Shown piece by piece: positions 19,464-20,946 of a stretch of DNA of 20,946 bases; the stretch's first letter is position 1; every line of letters begins with the position of its first letter. The stretch spans positions 1 through 20,946 of the forward strand of contig JBIKWN010000042.1 of the NCBI GenBank assembly GCA_044356295.1. Reading direction: 5' to 3'. The DNA is from Bdellovibrionota bacterium (GTDB taxonomy: Bacteria; Bdellovibrionota_C; UBA2361; JBIKWN01). The notes beneath the pieces are model-generated. The model did not search any database, had not been told where the DNA came from, and saw only the letters and a list, made by a program, of their open reading frames with translations. The translations under genes and the position numbers were made by a program.

Positions 19464-20849
19464 ATGAAGAATTCTGTACTACAACAAATCACTCTGAGTG
19501 TAATAGCACTTATTTCAGTAAATACTACTCTCGAAGCTCACGCCCAATCAAAGGTAGAAGTACGCTCAGTAAATCGAGTTCTTTGTCAAAATAAAATCAC
19601 AAGAGTTGTTGTTGAGTGAAATTCATGTAGCTCTAGAGAAACTAGAGTTTCTTCATTAAAAGGCACCACAGGACCTACTGGATTAAGTGGGGTTTCTGGT
19701 GTTAGTGGAATGTCTGGACTAAGCGGTGTGGAAGGAGCAACTGGAGTTTCAGGCGTGAGCGGGGTTTCTGGAATTGAAGGCGCTGAAGGTATTAGTGGAG
19801 TATCTGGGATTGAAGGATTAAGTGGAGTTTCTGGAGTTACGGGACTTAGCGGTGTTTCTGGGGTTACAGGATTAAGTGGTGTTTCTGGTGCTACTGGACT
19901 TAGCGGTGTTCAAGGACTAAGTGGAGTTTCTGGAGTTAGCGGACTTAGCGGTGTTTCTGGGGTTACAGGATTAAGTGGTGTTTCTGGTACTGCTGGTCTT
20001 AGCGGAGTTTCTGGTGTTCAAGGATTAAGCGGTGTTTCTGGTACTGCTGGACTTAGCGGTGTTTCAGGAGTTGCTGGTACTGATGGACTTAGTGGAGTCT
20101 CTGGTGTTCAAGGACTAAGTGGAGTTTCCGGAATCGCTGGACTAAGCGGTGTCTCTGGAGTTCAAGGTGAACAAGGACTAAGTGGAGTTTCCGGTATTGC
20201 TGGACTAAGCGGTGTCTCTGGAGTTCAAGGTGAACAAGGACTAAGTGGTGTTTCCGGAATTGCTGGTCTAAGCGGTGTCTCTGGTGTTCAAGGTGAACAA
20301 GGACTAAGTGGTGTTTCGGGAATCGCTGGACTAAGCGGTGTCTCTGGTGTTCAAGGTGAACAAGGACTAAGTGGAGTATCGGGGGTTGCGGGAGTAAGCG
20401 GTGTCTCAGGAATACTTGGTTCTAACCTATTCCAATCAAGAGGGGTTAGCGATATAACATCAAATTCAATAGTTATCTCGCTTATTAATGGATCGATATC
20501 TGGAACATTAACAGGAGCAACACTCGATGGTAAAATGGTTCCAGTGGGTTCAAGCTGCTCATCATTTGGAATCTATCTGCATCTTGGAACACTTCCTGCT
20601 GGCGCGTCTCCTGCTGACGATTGGACATTCTCATTAGTTCGTCAAACAGCTTCACAGGTTCAAGATGCTGGAAATAATGGAACTGATATTTCAATTTGTA
20701 CAATAGCTGGTGATGATGCTACTGGATCGTGCACAACTACTACATCCGCTTCATTTACAGCAACTGAATTTATCGGCTTAAAAGCTGAATCTTCAGGAAC
20801 ACCTGCATCAAGCAATGTGTACTTCTCGATTCGATGTGTAGCACCTTAA
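19464..20849 (+). CDS. Secreted collagen-like (Gly-X-Ser) protein with one in-frame TGA at 19617-19619 (readthrough, pseudogene or sequencing error)
   Basis: ATG 19464 gives MKNSVLQQITLSVIALISVNTTLEAHA|QSK... (signal peptide with AxA site), then ...CQNKITRVVVE*NSCSSRETRVSSLK, 84 uninterrupted G-X-Y triplets and a C-terminal domain with 4 Cys. Same frame as the called ORF 19710-20849. Confidence 0.8.
19662..20417 (+). repeat. Coding G-X-Y repeat tract (9-bp periodicity)
   Basis: 84 triplets dominated by GLS/GVS, running from GTT GPT GLS to GIL. Confidence 0.95.
20112..20363 (+). repeat. Four tandem 63-bp units (GLSGVSGIAGLSGVSGVQGEQ)
   Basis: Units start at 20112, 20175, 20238 and 20301. They are identical in protein and differ only at synonymous sites; a partial fifth unit follows. 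Confidence 0.93.
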
Positions 20850-20870
20850 TTTATTAAGTGTTTCAATGCG

Positions 20871-20906
20871 GCGCATGTGTTCTTGATAAACACATGCGCT
20901 TTTTTT
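20871..20906 (+). terminator. Intrinsic terminator of the collagen-like gene
   Basis: 11-bp stem GCGCATGTGTT / AACACATGCGC, 7-nt loop, then T7, starting 21 nt after the stop codon. Confidence 0.9.
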
Positions 20907-20946
20907 ATTCTTAATTATCAATAATTAATTTCTTAACGCTCCAAAA

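Noticed and set aside
19617..19619. Genome-wide UGA reassignment (code 4 or 25) explaining the in-frame TGA
   Set aside because: TGA terminates conserved genes here (pyrC, dxr, uppS, frr, tsaB, carB), and no conserved gene in the window has an internal TGA.
19662..20417. CRISPR-like or non-coding repeat array
   Set aside because: There are no unique spacers; the periodicity is codon-based with synonymous variation, so it is a protein repeat.
19710..20849. ORF-track start at ATG 19710
   Set aside because: It lies inside the G-X-Y tract (GMS triplet) and lacks the signal peptide; the upstream in-frame ATG 19464 is more plausible.

Overview
Mostly housekeeping, AT-rich bacterial DNA using the standard code (TGA is a true stop in carB, pyrC, tsaB, dxr, uppS and frr). 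Positions 1-18985 form one minus-strand run: t44/S2 leader, rpsB-tsf-pyrH-frr-uppS-cdsA-dxr-rseP-tsaB, rho, an orphan sigma54-dependent response regulator, an odd receiver-domain/prepilin-like fusion, then a PyrR-binding leader and pyrR-pyrB-pyrC-carA-carB-greA. greA is partial and was missed by the ORF track. The gene order and short EF-Ts suggest a deltaproteobacteria-like or Bdellovibrionota-like organism (inference only). A divergent plus-strand gene encodes a secreted, nearly proline-free Gly-X-Ser collagen-like protein. Its real start (19464, with signal peptide) is cut off from the called ORF by one in-frame TGA (19617-19619) in a U-x-x-C context, followed by a SECIS-like hairpin; this is either possible selenocysteine readthrough or a recent nonsense mutation. 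That TGA and the receiver/prepilin fusion coupled to the sigma54 activator are the most interesting signals.
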